DNA from: a virus
Taxonomy: Duplodnaviria; Heunggongvirae; Uroviricota; Caudoviricetes
DNA length: 64,000 nt
IMG/VR virus record: IMGVR_UViG_3300021431_000008
Strand: one strand, 5' to 3'
This document shows positions 47,974 through 56,052 of the stretch, one piece after another; position 1 is the stretch's first letter; the number at the start of each line of letters is the position of its first letter. The translations under genes and the position numbers were made by a program. Below the pieces are notes generated by a model. It was not told the origin of the DNA and searched no databases. It worked only from the letters and a program-made list of their open reading frames with translations.

Positions 47974-48070
47974 TCGTTGGGGCCCTTTCATCCCCGGGCT
48001 CGCATAACCGTCCCATTCGCCTTCCTCTCACTATAGGAGGTGTAGAATTTGCGAAAAAGGAAAGCCGGTG

Positions 48071-48271
48071 TCAGCTTTCCAATACCGGCTCTTCCTCGAT
48101 TATATAATATTCTTCAGGTATATATTCAGGATAATCATCTAATTCGTCGGCTAAGATTCCATTATGTTCCTTTACATAGTTTAAAGCCCCTTGCTCAGAC
48201 TTAAATACTCCAGCAAGTTCCTCGTGACCATTTGCAAGCAGGATCTCGCGCCATAAAATGTATACCTTCAT
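48071..48271 (-). CDS. hypothetical small acidic protein
   Basis: 66-aa ORF. Confidence 0.45.
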   Translation of the reverse strand: MKVYILWREILLANGHEELAGVFKSEQGALNYVKEHNGILADELDDYPEYIPEEYYIIEEEPVLES

Positions 48272-48296
48272 ATTAATATCACCTCCTATTATAAAG

Positions 48297-48318
48297 CCTG
48301 TAAAATTTGCGAAAAAAG
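48297..48318 (-). promoter_or_regulatory. archetypal copy of the promoter-like box
   Basis: minus strand hairpin GAGAGAGC..GCTCTCT, TTTTTT, CGCAAATTTTACAGGCTT, TATAAT, AGGAGGTGA, 7 nt, ATG. Confidence 0.55.
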
Positions 48319-48328
48319 AGAGCCGTTG

Positions 48329-48613
48329 TTAGCTCTCTCTGTCCATATCTTCGAATAATGCACGATACTCTTTCTTTATCGCATTGATTGATTTGTTTAT
48401 TGCATTAACATCTCTAAGTGCCTCGATTCGTAACTGAGTAGGATCGACGTTATTCAGAACAACTTTACCATTTTCAACATGGCAAACTTCTGGATTTTCC
48501 GCCTTCCAAATAGTTTCAAAAATGAGTTGATCACGCTTTTGATCTAATGCTTTCATAACACTATCTCTTACTTCCGCTTTGTAAAGTTCGTATTGCATCG
48601 ACATTATAGTCAC
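48329..48613 (-). CDS. hypothetical protein
   Basis: 94-aa ORF. Confidence 0.45.
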   Translation of the reverse strand: MTIMSMQYELYKAEVRDSVMKALDQKRDQLIFETIWKAENPEVCHVENGKVVLNNVDPTQLRIEALRDVNAINKSINAIKKEYRALFEDMDRES

Positions 48614-48657
48614 CTCCTATCATAAAGCCTGTAGAATTTGCGAAAAAAGAGCCGCTG

Positions 48658-48933
48658 TTAAGCTAGCTCTTTTTCTAGTATTCCGTAACTTCCAATAAAA
48701 GTTAAAAGTCGATTAGAATCCATACTACTTTCTTGCGTAATGCGTTCGATCCATAGATCTTCAAATATTGGTCCTTCACAGCGCTTTGCATTTGGCCACG
48801 TTTTTTCTATGTATTCTTCAGCATCCAATTTGCTTTTAAATACACTAAAAATCTGCGACATTACTAAATTGCCGTCATCAATTCCAGTATTTTTTTCTCC
48901 ATAGAAGTCTCCATATACCACATATACTTTCAT
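48658..48933 (-). CDS. hypothetical protein
   Basis: 91-aa ORF. Confidence 0.45.
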   Translation of the reverse strand: MKVYVVYGDFYGEKNTGIDDGNLVMSQIFSVFKSKLDAEEYIEKTWPNAKRCEGPIFEDLWIERITQESSMDSNRLLTFIGSYGILEKELA

Positions 48934-48963
48934 ACGGTTTTCATCTCCTTTCCTATTTTATGA

Positions 48964-48986
48964 ATTGTAGAATTTGCGAAAAAAGA
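48964..48986 (-). promoter_or_regulatory. copy of the promoter-like box + hairpin
   Basis: ttgtagaatttgcgaaaaaagagagccgttgtagctctctc. Confidence 0.5.
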
Positions 48987-49003
48987 GAGCCGTTGTAGCT
49001 CTC

Positions 49004-49384
49004 TCACATGTGAATCCAAGGTTGCGCATCCAAAACATCCACCTGGGTTTCATAAATAGAATATACCGGAAGAACCTTTAGCCACGTGTCGCCATATTCA
49101 TCAGCTTTAAACGCATACCACGAAAGAGTATCCCGTTCGAGCCAATAGCTGAACATTTCGCTATCGAAAATATCAACCTTCTCATCTCGTTTGGGCATCA
49201 ATCCGTGAATATGGTTCATCAGCTCAATACTGAAAGCGATCTTGCCTGATTCTGTTTCCATCTTTTCCTGATTTATTTTATCTCTATAAGACGCCATGTC
49301 GCATCCCTCCTCATTTATGAAGCTGCAAAATATACGAAAAAGTAAAGCCGTTGTCGACTCTACTTTTACTGACTTACATATCAA
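49004..49384 (-). CDS. hypothetical protein
   Basis: 126-aa ORF. Confidence 0.5.
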   Translation of the reverse strand: MICKSVKVESTTALLFRIFCSFINEEGCDMASYRDKINQEKMETESGKIAFSIELMNHIHGLMPKRDEKVDIFDSEMFSYWLERDTLSWYAFKADEYGDTWLKVLPVYSIYETQVDVLDAQPWIHM

Positions 49385-49691
49385 AGTGATAAAATTTCGC
49401 GATATATTCCATCGTATTCAGCGGCTCTTCCATATCATCTGTCATCGCGTCGTACTGTTCAAACCAGTAGCCGGCTCGTGATATCCAGGCGCTCCACCGG
49501 AGTCTAAAGAACTTGAGCAACGTCGGCTTATTCACCGATTTATTGATCAGGTTAAAGTAGAACTTTTCGATGAGGCGCGACAAATACCAGAGTTTATACA
49601 AGGCCCAGTACTTTGGCGTGATTTTTACAAGCTTAAACCAAGCCCGCAGATACTCTTTTGCATCTTCTCTATCCACTAGTTTTACCTCCAA
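49374..49691 (-). CDS. hypothetical protein
   Basis: 105-aa ORF; promoter box 49723..49741 upstream, back-to-back with the integrase start. Confidence 0.45.
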   Translation of the reverse strand: MEVKLVDREDAKEYLRAWFKLVKITPKYWALYKLWYLSRLIEKFYFNLINKSVNKPTLLKFFRLRWSAWISRAGYWFEQYDAMTDDMEEPLNTMEYIAKFYHFDM

Positions 49692-49776
49692 ATATAATGT
49701 AAGCTTATAGCTCCATTTATGAAGTTGTAATTCTTACGAAAGCATGTTATACTTCCATTTTGAAGGAGGAATGCCG

Positions 49777-50823
49777 ATGAAATTACCCAGGGCAAAGAAA
49801 CTACCATCTGGAAATTGGCGGATTCAAATCGCAGTTGACGGCAAACGGTACAGTATTACCGATCCCGATCCGAAAGTCGTCAAGCAAAAAGCAAAGGAAC
49901 TTTATGCAGGCCTTCAGTTCGAAAAGCGCATACCTCTCACCGTCGGCAAAGCTTTCGATCAATATATCGAGGCAAAAGACAGCGTTCTCTCTCCTGCTAC
50001 CATTCGAGGTTATAAAAAAATCCGAAAAAACTATCTTCAGTTCCTCATGAAAGAAAATATCACGGATCTCACGCAGGAGCAGGTGCAGAAAGCCATCAAT
50101 GCCGACTTTAAACGTGGCGCAAGCAGCAAATCAGTAAGGAATGCTCACGGGCTTCTCAGTGCAGTCTTAAAAGAATATCGTCCAAACTTCGTCCTGAGAA
50201 CAACACTTCCTCAGAAAGAGCCTCATGAAATCTCTATCCTTACCGAAGATGAGCTCAAGAAACTCTATGCGGCAGCCGAAGGAACCAAGTATTACCTTCC
50301 TATTGTTTTGGCATCCTGGCTCGGTCTTCGTATGAGTGAAATTCGTGGACTTAAGTTTTCGGATATCATCGACGAACGGATTCACATTCAGCGAGCCATT
50401 GTCGAAGGAGAAGATGGACCTGCTGAAAAACTTACGAAGTCCTTAGCTGGTGACCGCTGGATTAAATGCCCGAATGAGATTAAGACCCTTATTGATCAGC
50501 AGCCACGCGATTCCGAATACGTAGTTCCTCTCACTCAGGCTGCGATCTACAAGGGCTTTATCCGTCTCTGTGAAAAGGCAAATATAACACAATGCCGCTT
50601 TCACGATCTCAGGCATTTCGCAGCATCTGAAGCCCACTCTCTTGGTGTTCCTGATAAATATGCTATGAAGCGTATGGGACACAAAACCGATAATATGCTG
50701 AAGACGGTTTATCAGCACACGATGATCGAAAAAGAGGATTCGTTCTCAGATTTAATCGACTCTCACATGGAGTCGCTCTTTTTAGGCGCTAAAACTGCAC
50801 ACGAAACTGCACACGCCGAGTAA
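49777..50823 (+). CDS. int: tyrosine site-specific recombinase / phage integrase
   Basis: C-terminal catalytic box CRFHDLRHFAASEAHSLGV...MGHKTDNMLKTVYQHT (R..HxxR..Y); start set at MKLPRAKK, 7 nt after GGAGG. Confidence 0.85.
   Translation: MKLPRAKKLPSGNWRIQIAVDGKRYSITDPDPKVVKQKAKELYAGLQFEKRIPLTVGKAFDQYIEAKDSVLSPATIRGYKKIRKNYLQFLMKENITDLTQEQVQKAINADFKRGASSKSVRNAHGLLSAVLKEYRPNFVLRTTLPQKEPHEISILTEDELKKLYAAAEGTKYYLPIVLASWLGLRMSEIRGLKFSDIIDERIHIQRAIVEGEDGPAEKLTKSLAGDRWIKCPNEIKTLIDQQPRDSEYVVPLTQAAIYKGFIRLCEKANITQCRFHDLRHFAASEAHSLGVPDKYAMKRMGHKTDNMLKTVYQHTMIEKEDSFSDLIDSHMESLFLGAKTAHETAHAE
50790..50816 (+). repeat. tandem arm-type repeat AAACTGCACACG x2 (candidate integrase arm sites, P arm)
   Basis: aaactgcacacgaaactgcacacg overlapping the last codons of int. 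Confidence 0.45.
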
Positions 50824-50863
50824 ACTTTCCTGATTTCATGCGTATTTGAAGGCCTTTTCTATA

Positions 50864-50890
50864 GGGGTTCAACTCCCCCCATCTCCACCA
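50864..50890 (+). mobile_element. attP-like core: 3' fragment of a tRNA gene (T-arm + acceptor + CCA) immediately downstream of int
   Basis: ggggttcaactccccccatctccacca = T-stem GGGG, loop TTCAACT, CCCC, acceptor 3' strand CATCTCC, A, CCA; no matching 5' half nearby. Confidence 0.6.
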
Positions 50891-50896
50891 ATTTCC

Positions 50897-50929
50897 AAAG
50901 CCCTGAGCCACAACGGTTCGGGGCTTTTT
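50897..50929 (+). terminator. rho-independent terminator of int
   Basis: aaagccc...gggcttttt (AAGCCC/GGGCTT stem + T5). Confidence 0.5.
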
Positions 50930-50987
50930 CTTTGATTTCAAGCGGTTTGCAGTCACTTAAGTATGCGAAATATCTTTCATGTCGGAA

Positions 50988-51036
50988 ACCGAAATTGCAC
51001 ACAAAACAGCTAAAACTGCACACGAAATTGCACATG
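50988..51036 (+). repeat. arm-type repeats (GAAATTGCACAC, AAAACTGCACACG, AAATTGCACATG; P' arm candidate)
   Basis: three more copies of A(C/T)TGCACA(C/T)G within 50 bp on the far side of the tRNA-fragment core. Confidence 0.45.
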
Positions 51037-51082
51037 AAAAAAATGAAAGTAGCTGTAAGAACTACTTCCATTTTGATTAATT

Positions 51083-51277
51083 TCAGACCTTCTTGAAGGG
51101 ACCCACGAACTGGAGTCCAATGTAGCAAGCCAGGAACGCCAGAATAACTTTGTGGCTCGCAATCCAGTCAAGGATGTTCAGGTTTCCAGACACGATGTCT
51201 GAACCGAAATTCACCAGACCGTACGCGACACACAGCGCCAGTGGCACCATCAGCATTGCATAAATAACTCTTTTCAT
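51083..51277 (-). CDS. small two-TM membrane protein
   Basis: 64 aa; VIYAMLMVPLALCVAYGLV and ILAFLACYIGLQFV. Confidence 0.45.
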   Translation of the reverse strand: MKRVIYAMLMVPLALCVAYGLVNFGSDIVSGNLNILDWIASHKVILAFLACYIGLQFVGPFKKV

Positions 51278-51542
51278 ATTAAATCCTCCTTTTATAATTA
51301 GGTCTTTCTATTATAAAAGGTGCGATTTTTACGAAAAAAGAGGGGGCTGTGTTGTTATTTCAGCCCCAAGGATCGTCACTTATTTACCATCATGAGCACG
51401 AGGCCCAGCACTACAACACCTATTGGTCCAAATTGTGTGAATGCCAGGATAGCTCCTGCACCTATGAGTAGTAATTTCATGGATCCTTCGTTATTCATCA
51501 ACATTCCTCCTCTTTTTATTATTGCATTACTGCATTATAGAG

Positions 51543-51565
51543 TCTGCATATTTTACGAAAAAAGG
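51543..51565 (-). promoter_or_regulatory. copy of the promoter-like box + GGAAAGCC..CTTTCC hairpin
   Basis: tctgcatattttacgaaaaaaggaaagccgttgtagactttcc; on minus TATAAT lies 18 nt after CGTAAAAT. Confidence 0.5.
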
Positions 51566-51594
51566 AAAGCCGTTGTAGACTTTCCTTTTGAGAC

Positions 51595-51960
51595 TTACTT
51601 TCTTCGCCTCTCTTTCCGCAAAAGCCCCATATCGTTAAGAGCTTCTCCTTTGGACTCGCCGTCGATCATGCGACTACCGAGTTCCAAGATTTCATTGTTT
51701 GTCAAAGGATGCTTCAACATGAACTCTTCGCCAGTCACGTCATCCTCGGATAAACAACGATCATTCTGATTGGCTCCAGCCAGCATGCTAAGGCCCTTAA
51801 AGGCCAAGCTGCCGACCATGGATACCATCGGAAGTACCATTGCCGGATTCTTGGATACGAACTCAGCGAACGAATTCAGTCCCGAAGTTACCTTCGCTTT
51901 CGTCCTCTGAAACCAGCTTCCTTCAGCTTTCGTTGTTTCGACCGTTTTGTTTTCGTCCAT
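51595..51960 (-). CDS. hypothetical protein
   Basis: 121 aa; hydrophobic core AMVLPMVSMVGSLAF. Confidence 0.45.
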   Translation of the reverse strand: MDENKTVETTKAEGSWFQRTKAKVTSGLNSFAEFVSKNPAMVLPMVSMVGSLAFKGLSMLAGANQNDRCLSEDDVTGEEFMLKHPLTNNEILELGSRMIDGESKGEALNDMGLLRKERRRK

Positions 51961-52063
51961 AAGTTTTTCCTCCTTTTAAATTTAAACTTCTGCATTATAG
52001 AACCTGTAAAAAATGCGATAAAAATAGGAACCGCTGCAAGCGCAACAGCCCTATTTTAGTAAA

Positions 52064-52315
52064 TTAGCCTTTCATTTTTCTGATACTACGATAGATACTT
52101 TCCGTTCCGATCGCCAGTGACATAAACACGATGATTCCAGCAACAACCGTATGCCAGGGAACGCTATAAAATGCATGCGTATACTCGAGATAAGTTACGC
52201 CTTCGAACTTCATATCGAAGATCGTAGCTATCCCAAGCTCCGTAAGACACATTACTGCGTCCATGATCATCAGGATCGCCAGAATTCCAAGTCTCATCCA
52301 TGCCGATTTCTTCAT
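52064..52315 (-). CDS. small membrane protein
   Basis: 83 aa, three hydrophobic helices. Confidence 0.45.
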   Translation of the reverse strand: MKKSAWMRLGILAILMIMDAVMCLTELGIATIFDMKFEGVTYLEYTHAFYSVPWHTVVAGIIVFMSLAIGTESIYRSIRKMKG

Positions 52316-52646
52316 AACTTTAAGCTCCTTATAATATAGTATTCAGAAAGACTTACTTTCCTATCTTATAAGCTGCCAAAATTACGAAAAAAGGAAAGCC
52401 GTTGTAGGCTTTCCTTCCATGGCATAGATTACTTAAGATTGGATCGTTTTGTATAATACTTATCAACAGCCCACTTAACTACCGTTCTAATAATCGTAGC
52501 AAGTCCTACAAACTCTAAAACAGTTTCCGTGCTGTCCTTCATATTTTTCATAACTTTCCTCCTATTATGTAATATTCTGCATTATAGGGCATGCAAAAAA
52601 TACGAAAAAAAGGAAAGCCGTTGTAGACTTTCCTTTAGAACTTATC

Positions 52647-52844
52647 TTACTTAACAGGAAACATCTTAGTTAATTTGTGCATCGATATCCCGAGAATAGC
52701 GGAAACTTCTGATGGCGAATAACCCTCGCTAAGCAATTCGCATGCTTTTCTTTTGCGCTTCATTGCATAATACGCTTCGATAATACCTCCAGTCACAGCT
52801 CCGCATACAACAAAAGCCGTCGAATACACAAAAAATTTCTTCAT
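52647..52844 (-). CDS. small membrane protein
   Basis: 65 aa; FFVYSTAFVVCGAVTGGII. Confidence 0.4.
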   Translation of the reverse strand: MKKFFVYSTAFVVCGAVTGGIIEAYYAMKRKRKACELLSEGYSPSEVSAILGISMHKLTKMFPVK

Positions 52845-52891
52845 ATTATATATCCTCCAAATATAATGTAAGCTTACGCTCCACTATAAAA

Positions 52892-52913
52892 GCTGTAACA
52901 TTTACGAAAAAAG
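52892..52913 (-). promoter_or_regulatory. copy of the promoter-like box + hairpin
   Basis: agctgtaacatttacgaaaaaaggaaagccgttgtagactttcc. Confidence 0.5.
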
Positions 52914-52974
52914 GAAAGCCGTTGTAGACTTTCCTTATAGATTTAGATACCTACGTAATTCTATTCTTTAGTTT

Positions 52975-53331
52975 TTAATGAATATCGAGATCTCTTTCTA
53001 AACGCTCACATTCTTTAGATATTTCATCATATTTAATACGTACTATTCGTTGAATTTCATCTTCGCTTAAGAAATCTTTCAATGTCAACACTCGCATATG
53101 ATTAAGGTTTTCTTTATCACGAATAATAAACTCATAATCGTTTGCAAATGCTACTTTCAAAATATCTTCAAACGAAAACGAATTTCGCTGAAGTTTCGTA
53201 TTAAAATAGTGCGAAGAGCAACCTAAATATGGCGCTATAGTTGCTGGTGTTCTTTCTCGTTGTTCATTAAACCATTTTACTAAAAATGATTTTTTTCGAT
53301 TAATCCAAGTATCTTTTTTCATATGTTTCAC
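52975..53331 (-). CDS. hypothetical protein
   Basis: 118-aa ORF. Confidence 0.45.
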   Translation of the reverse strand: MKHMKKDTWINRKKSFLVKWFNEQRERTPATIAPYLGCSSHYFNTKLQRNSFSFEDILKVAFANDYEFIIRDKENLNHMRVLTLKDFLSEDEIQRIVRIKYDEISKECERLERDLDIH

Positions 53332-53344
53332 CTCCTATTTTACA

Positions 53345-53366
53345 AGTTGCCAAAATTACGAAAAAA
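53345..53366 (-). promoter_or_regulatory. copy of the promoter-like box + hairpin
   Basis: agttgccaaaattacgaaaaaaggaaagccgttgtagactttcc. Confidence 0.5.
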
Positions 53367-53407
53367 GGAAAGCCGTTGTAGACTTTCCTTCCATTTTGAT
53401 TCCTAAA

Positions 53408-53806
53408 TTACTTCTTCAGGATCAGATCACGACAACGCTCACTGAATTTGTTAAACTGCGGGCTCTTCTGAAGCCATGGATCTAGCACATAGCTAACGCC
53501 AAGACTTCCGAATCCGGCTACAAAATAAGCTCCAATCTGCCCCCAGGTCGACCAAATCTTCTTCTTTTCGACTCGCGTCCGCTCTCTCTCAACTTCAAGC
53601 TTCTGCTCCTCAATGTCGCATTTCGCATTGTTGTTGAGGCGAGTGCTTTCTGCGTTCGCTTCGTTCAGTTTGATCTCCTCCAGGGACTTGATCTCGCTCA
53701 TGACTTTGCCTCGGTTCGGATCGTCATATTTCATGCGCCCGAGCTCCTCGTAGGCCTCGTGAATTCTAGTTTCCCGCAATTCATCGATTGTGTTCAGTCC
53801 GTCCAT
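53408..53806 (-). CDS. hypothetical coiled-coil protein with C-proximal TM
   Basis: 132-aa ORF. Confidence 0.45.
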   Translation of the reverse strand: MDGLNTIDELRETRIHEAYEELGRMKYDDPNRGKVMSEIKSLEEIKLNEANAESTRLNNNAKCDIEEQKLEVERERTRVEKKKIWSTWGQIGAYFVAGFGSLGVSYVLDPWLQKSPQFNKFSERCRDLILKK

Positions 53807-53842
53807 AAATCTACCTCCATAAAATAATTTTGGATCGTTCCA

Positions 53843-54091
53843 CTATACAGCCTGTGATTTTTGCGAAAGATCATTTTCAACTTTAAAAACAAGCTGTGTC
53901 TTATCTTTTATTTCATCCAGTTCAAGATCTAAAACAAAACGAATTCGATCTCTTTCGCCATCTTCCGTTTGCTCAAGGACAACAGTTCCATCAATATTCT
54001 TTTTCAGACCGAATCTTCCAATAATGAAACCGATAGCTAGGCATACAATGGCGATACAAACCAGAATGACATACTCTTTCACGTTGTTCAC
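53843..54091 (-). CDS. N-terminally membrane-anchored small protein
   Basis: 82-aa ORF. Confidence 0.45.
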   Translation of the reverse strand: MNNVKEYVILVCIAIVCLAIGFIIGRFGLKKNIDGTVVLEQTEDGERDRIRFVLDLELDEIKDKTQLVFKVENDLSQKSQAV

Positions 54092-54153
54092 CTCCTCTCA
54101 CAAAAAAAGAGAAGACCATGTAATGAGTCTCCTCTCATGTTGAAGGAAAGAGA

Positions 54154-54351
54154 TTAGTTTTTCATTTCTCCAAGAATTTCAACGAACATTTTCGACATAC
54201 TTCCGACTGCTACGGCGATTTCCGTGATCACCACAACCGGCTGGCTGAGAAACCATCCAAAGGACGGCACTTCTCGACCAATCAGGTTCCAGGCGATCAG
54301 CAGACTGATCACCAGTACAAAGTTAACAATGTGCGTATAAATATTTTTCAT
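54154..54351 (-). CDS. small membrane protein
   Basis: 65-aa ORF. Confidence 0.4.
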   Translation of the reverse strand: MKNIYTHIVNFVLVISLLIAWNLIGREVPSFGWFLSQPVVVITEIAVAVGSMSKMFVEILGEMKN

Positions 54352-54490
54352 TATAAATTCCTCCTATAATAAAGTTATTGTTCTCTTCCTCTTCATTATA
54401 GGCGCTGCAAATCTTACGAAACTTCCATTTTGATGAAAAAAAATAGAAGCTGCGAAAGATCCGGGAAGCTGTCAACTTCCCAAATCTTGA

Positions 54491-54844
54491 TTAAACACTA
54501 ACACCGTCAATAAGTGCTTTCTGGAGTTTCCCCAGTTCCACCATGACGTGACTCGTTCTCTGCAGAATCTGCTTCGGATCCCGATCGAACCTAATTTCAT
54601 AAGCCAATTCCATTATTCTTGTTTTATAGTGTTCAATCGTGTCTAAGTTCCTAAAACCATCATCAATTACTTTCTTTAATTTGACAATTTTTTCAGAATC
54701 TATCTCTAATCCACTTTCGAATCGATCTATATCAACAGCTAGTATCTCAGCTTTATCGGCTAGTTCTTTCTTAGTCCATCTCAGAGCAATTCTTCTAAAA
54801 CGATACACTTCAAACGATCGCATTTCTGTGACCCCCTTTGACAC
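54491..54844 (-). CDS. HTH (XRE-like) DNA-binding protein
   Basis: WTKKELADKAEILAVDIDRFESG. Confidence 0.5.
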   Translation of the reverse strand: MSKGVTEMRSFEVYRFRRIALRWTKKELADKAEILAVDIDRFESGLEIDSEKIVKLKKVIDDGFRNLDTIEHYKTRIMELAYEIRFDRDPKQILQRTSHVMVELGKLQKALIDGVSV

Positions 54845-54943
54845 TTTGAAGTGTTGGTTTGCTCATTATATGGACTGTGATTTTTTCGATAAAAATAAAA
54901 GAGACCCTGTAAAAGAGTCTCTTTTAGATCGCTTTAGCTTTCA

Positions 54944-55186
54944 TCAGGCTGCGATTCTATGCAGTTCGTTCAGCTCTGTAGTGTAATAGAACCACGCCAG
55001 ATCAGCTTTCTTGTAGTAGCGCTCGAAGTTCTCGGATACGGTCCAGAACAAGTCGCTCTCAAATATAAGTTTGACATGCTCCAGGCCGAGATAGAACTCA
55101 GCAACGCTCTTGTAAAGCTGATAATGGACATAGTGCCATCCCATCGCAAGTTTTGTAAAGAATTTACGCATAATAATAGCCTCCAA
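54944..55186 (-). CDS. hypothetical small protein
   Basis: 80-aa ORF. Confidence 0.4.
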   Translation of the reverse strand: MEAIIMRKFFTKLAMGWHYVHYQLYKSVAEFYLGLEHVKLIFESDLFWTVSENFERYYKKADLAWFYYTTELNELHRIAA

Positions 55187-55236
55187 TTATAATGTAAGCC
55201 GTATAAGCTCCATTATAATAGGTGTAATTTTTACGT

Positions 55237-55539
55237 TTACCTCCTCCTGCTGAGTAGCCAAAAGAACTGTCGATACGCATAACGAAGCGAAACGGGCAGT
55301 ATTATCCCCTCAACCGTAACATACTGCAAAATATCACAGCCTGTTAATCTGGCGCAATCTTCAACCATTGTCATATAGGTCTTCAGATCGCCACGCCGGA
55401 TCCCATCTTTCGAAGTCGTGTCGCCATCTCCGCTCCAGCCATCTGCGTTTTCATACATTTCCTTCCATTTTGAATACTGCAAAGCGAAATGCTTGAGCTC
55501 ATAAAAGCGATGCTTACTCAGTTCGTATTCAGTTTTCAT
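55237..55539 (-). CDS. hypothetical protein
   Basis: 100-aa ORF. Confidence 0.4.
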   Translation of the reverse strand: MKTEYELSKHRFYELKHFALQYSKWKEMYENADGWSGDGDTTSKDGIRRGDLKTYMTMVEDCARLTGCDILQYVTVEGIILPVSLRYAYRQFFWLLSRRR

Positions 55540-55828
55540 AGTCGTTTGTCCGCCCCGTTGGAAGACCTAAAATATAGCGAAGTTTCTCGTTGGATATGTT
55601 GGCAACTCTAAGGCAGGTGCATATAACCTCGAACGGTGCTTTCTTAAAGTATTCAGGTTTTCGCCGGTACCTCCATAAGCTTGACGGATCGCATCCTGCT
55701 ACAAGCGCCAATTCTTCCACAGTTTTACGACTGGATCTCAGATACTCATGGACAACTGAATCGAACTTGTCCATCCGTTTTCTGATTCTTTCAAGTTCTC
55801 GCTCTTCCTCTGAAAAAGTTACTTTCAT
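55529..55828 (-). CDS. hypothetical protein
   Basis: 99-aa ORF. Confidence 0.4.
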   Translation of the reverse strand: MKVTFSEEERELERIRKRMDKFDSVVHEYLRSSRKTVEELALVAGCDPSSLWRYRRKPEYFKKAPFEVICTCLRVANISNEKLRYILGLPTGRTNDYEN

Positions 55829-56052
55829 AACGGCAATCTCCTATTAAAATGTAAAAGATTACCGGCCGGTGAGGACACCATATCACCGAATGGTTACAAT
55901 GTCAAACGAACCATGTCGATATTTGTTGCTAGAATGAAAGAATTATTTTAGCACTGAAATCGACAGCCTCCAAACTTTTATTGCATATATGAAATAATAT
56001 TGTGCAGAATAAAAAAAGAGAAGCTGCGGATCTTGCAGCCTCTCTTCTCTTT

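Noticed and set aside
48020-48060. T7-like promoter resemblance (CTCACTATAGGAGG at 48027 and CTCACTATAGAG at 58430)
   Set aside because: It lies on the plus strand, antisense to all local genes. No T7-like single-subunit RNAP is seen, and the match is explained by the rc of TATAAT plus RBS in the cassette. It is judged coincidental.
48297-48318. Canonical sigma-A -35/-10 reading of the cassette
   Set aside because: With TATAAT as -10, the 17-bp-upstream hexamer is TTTTTC, a poor TTGACA match. TTTACA sits only 5 nt from the -10. So a standard sigma-70 promoter call is not supported, though a T-tract UP-element/-10-only promoter cannot be excluded.
50859-51128. 89-aa minus ORF spanning the att region
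   Set aside because: It covers the tRNA-fragment core, the int terminator and the arm repeats, and has no RBS. It is likely non-coding.
51320-51769. 149-aa plus ORF
   Set aside because: It is antisense to small minus-strand genes and cassette motifs.
45060-55240. CRISPR array as an explanation for the regularly repeated ~22-nt motif
   Set aside because: Repeat spacing is 200-500 bp, not 30-40 bp. The intervening sequences are protein-coding genes with RBSs. The repeats are degenerate and always paired with terminator hairpins and TATAAT.
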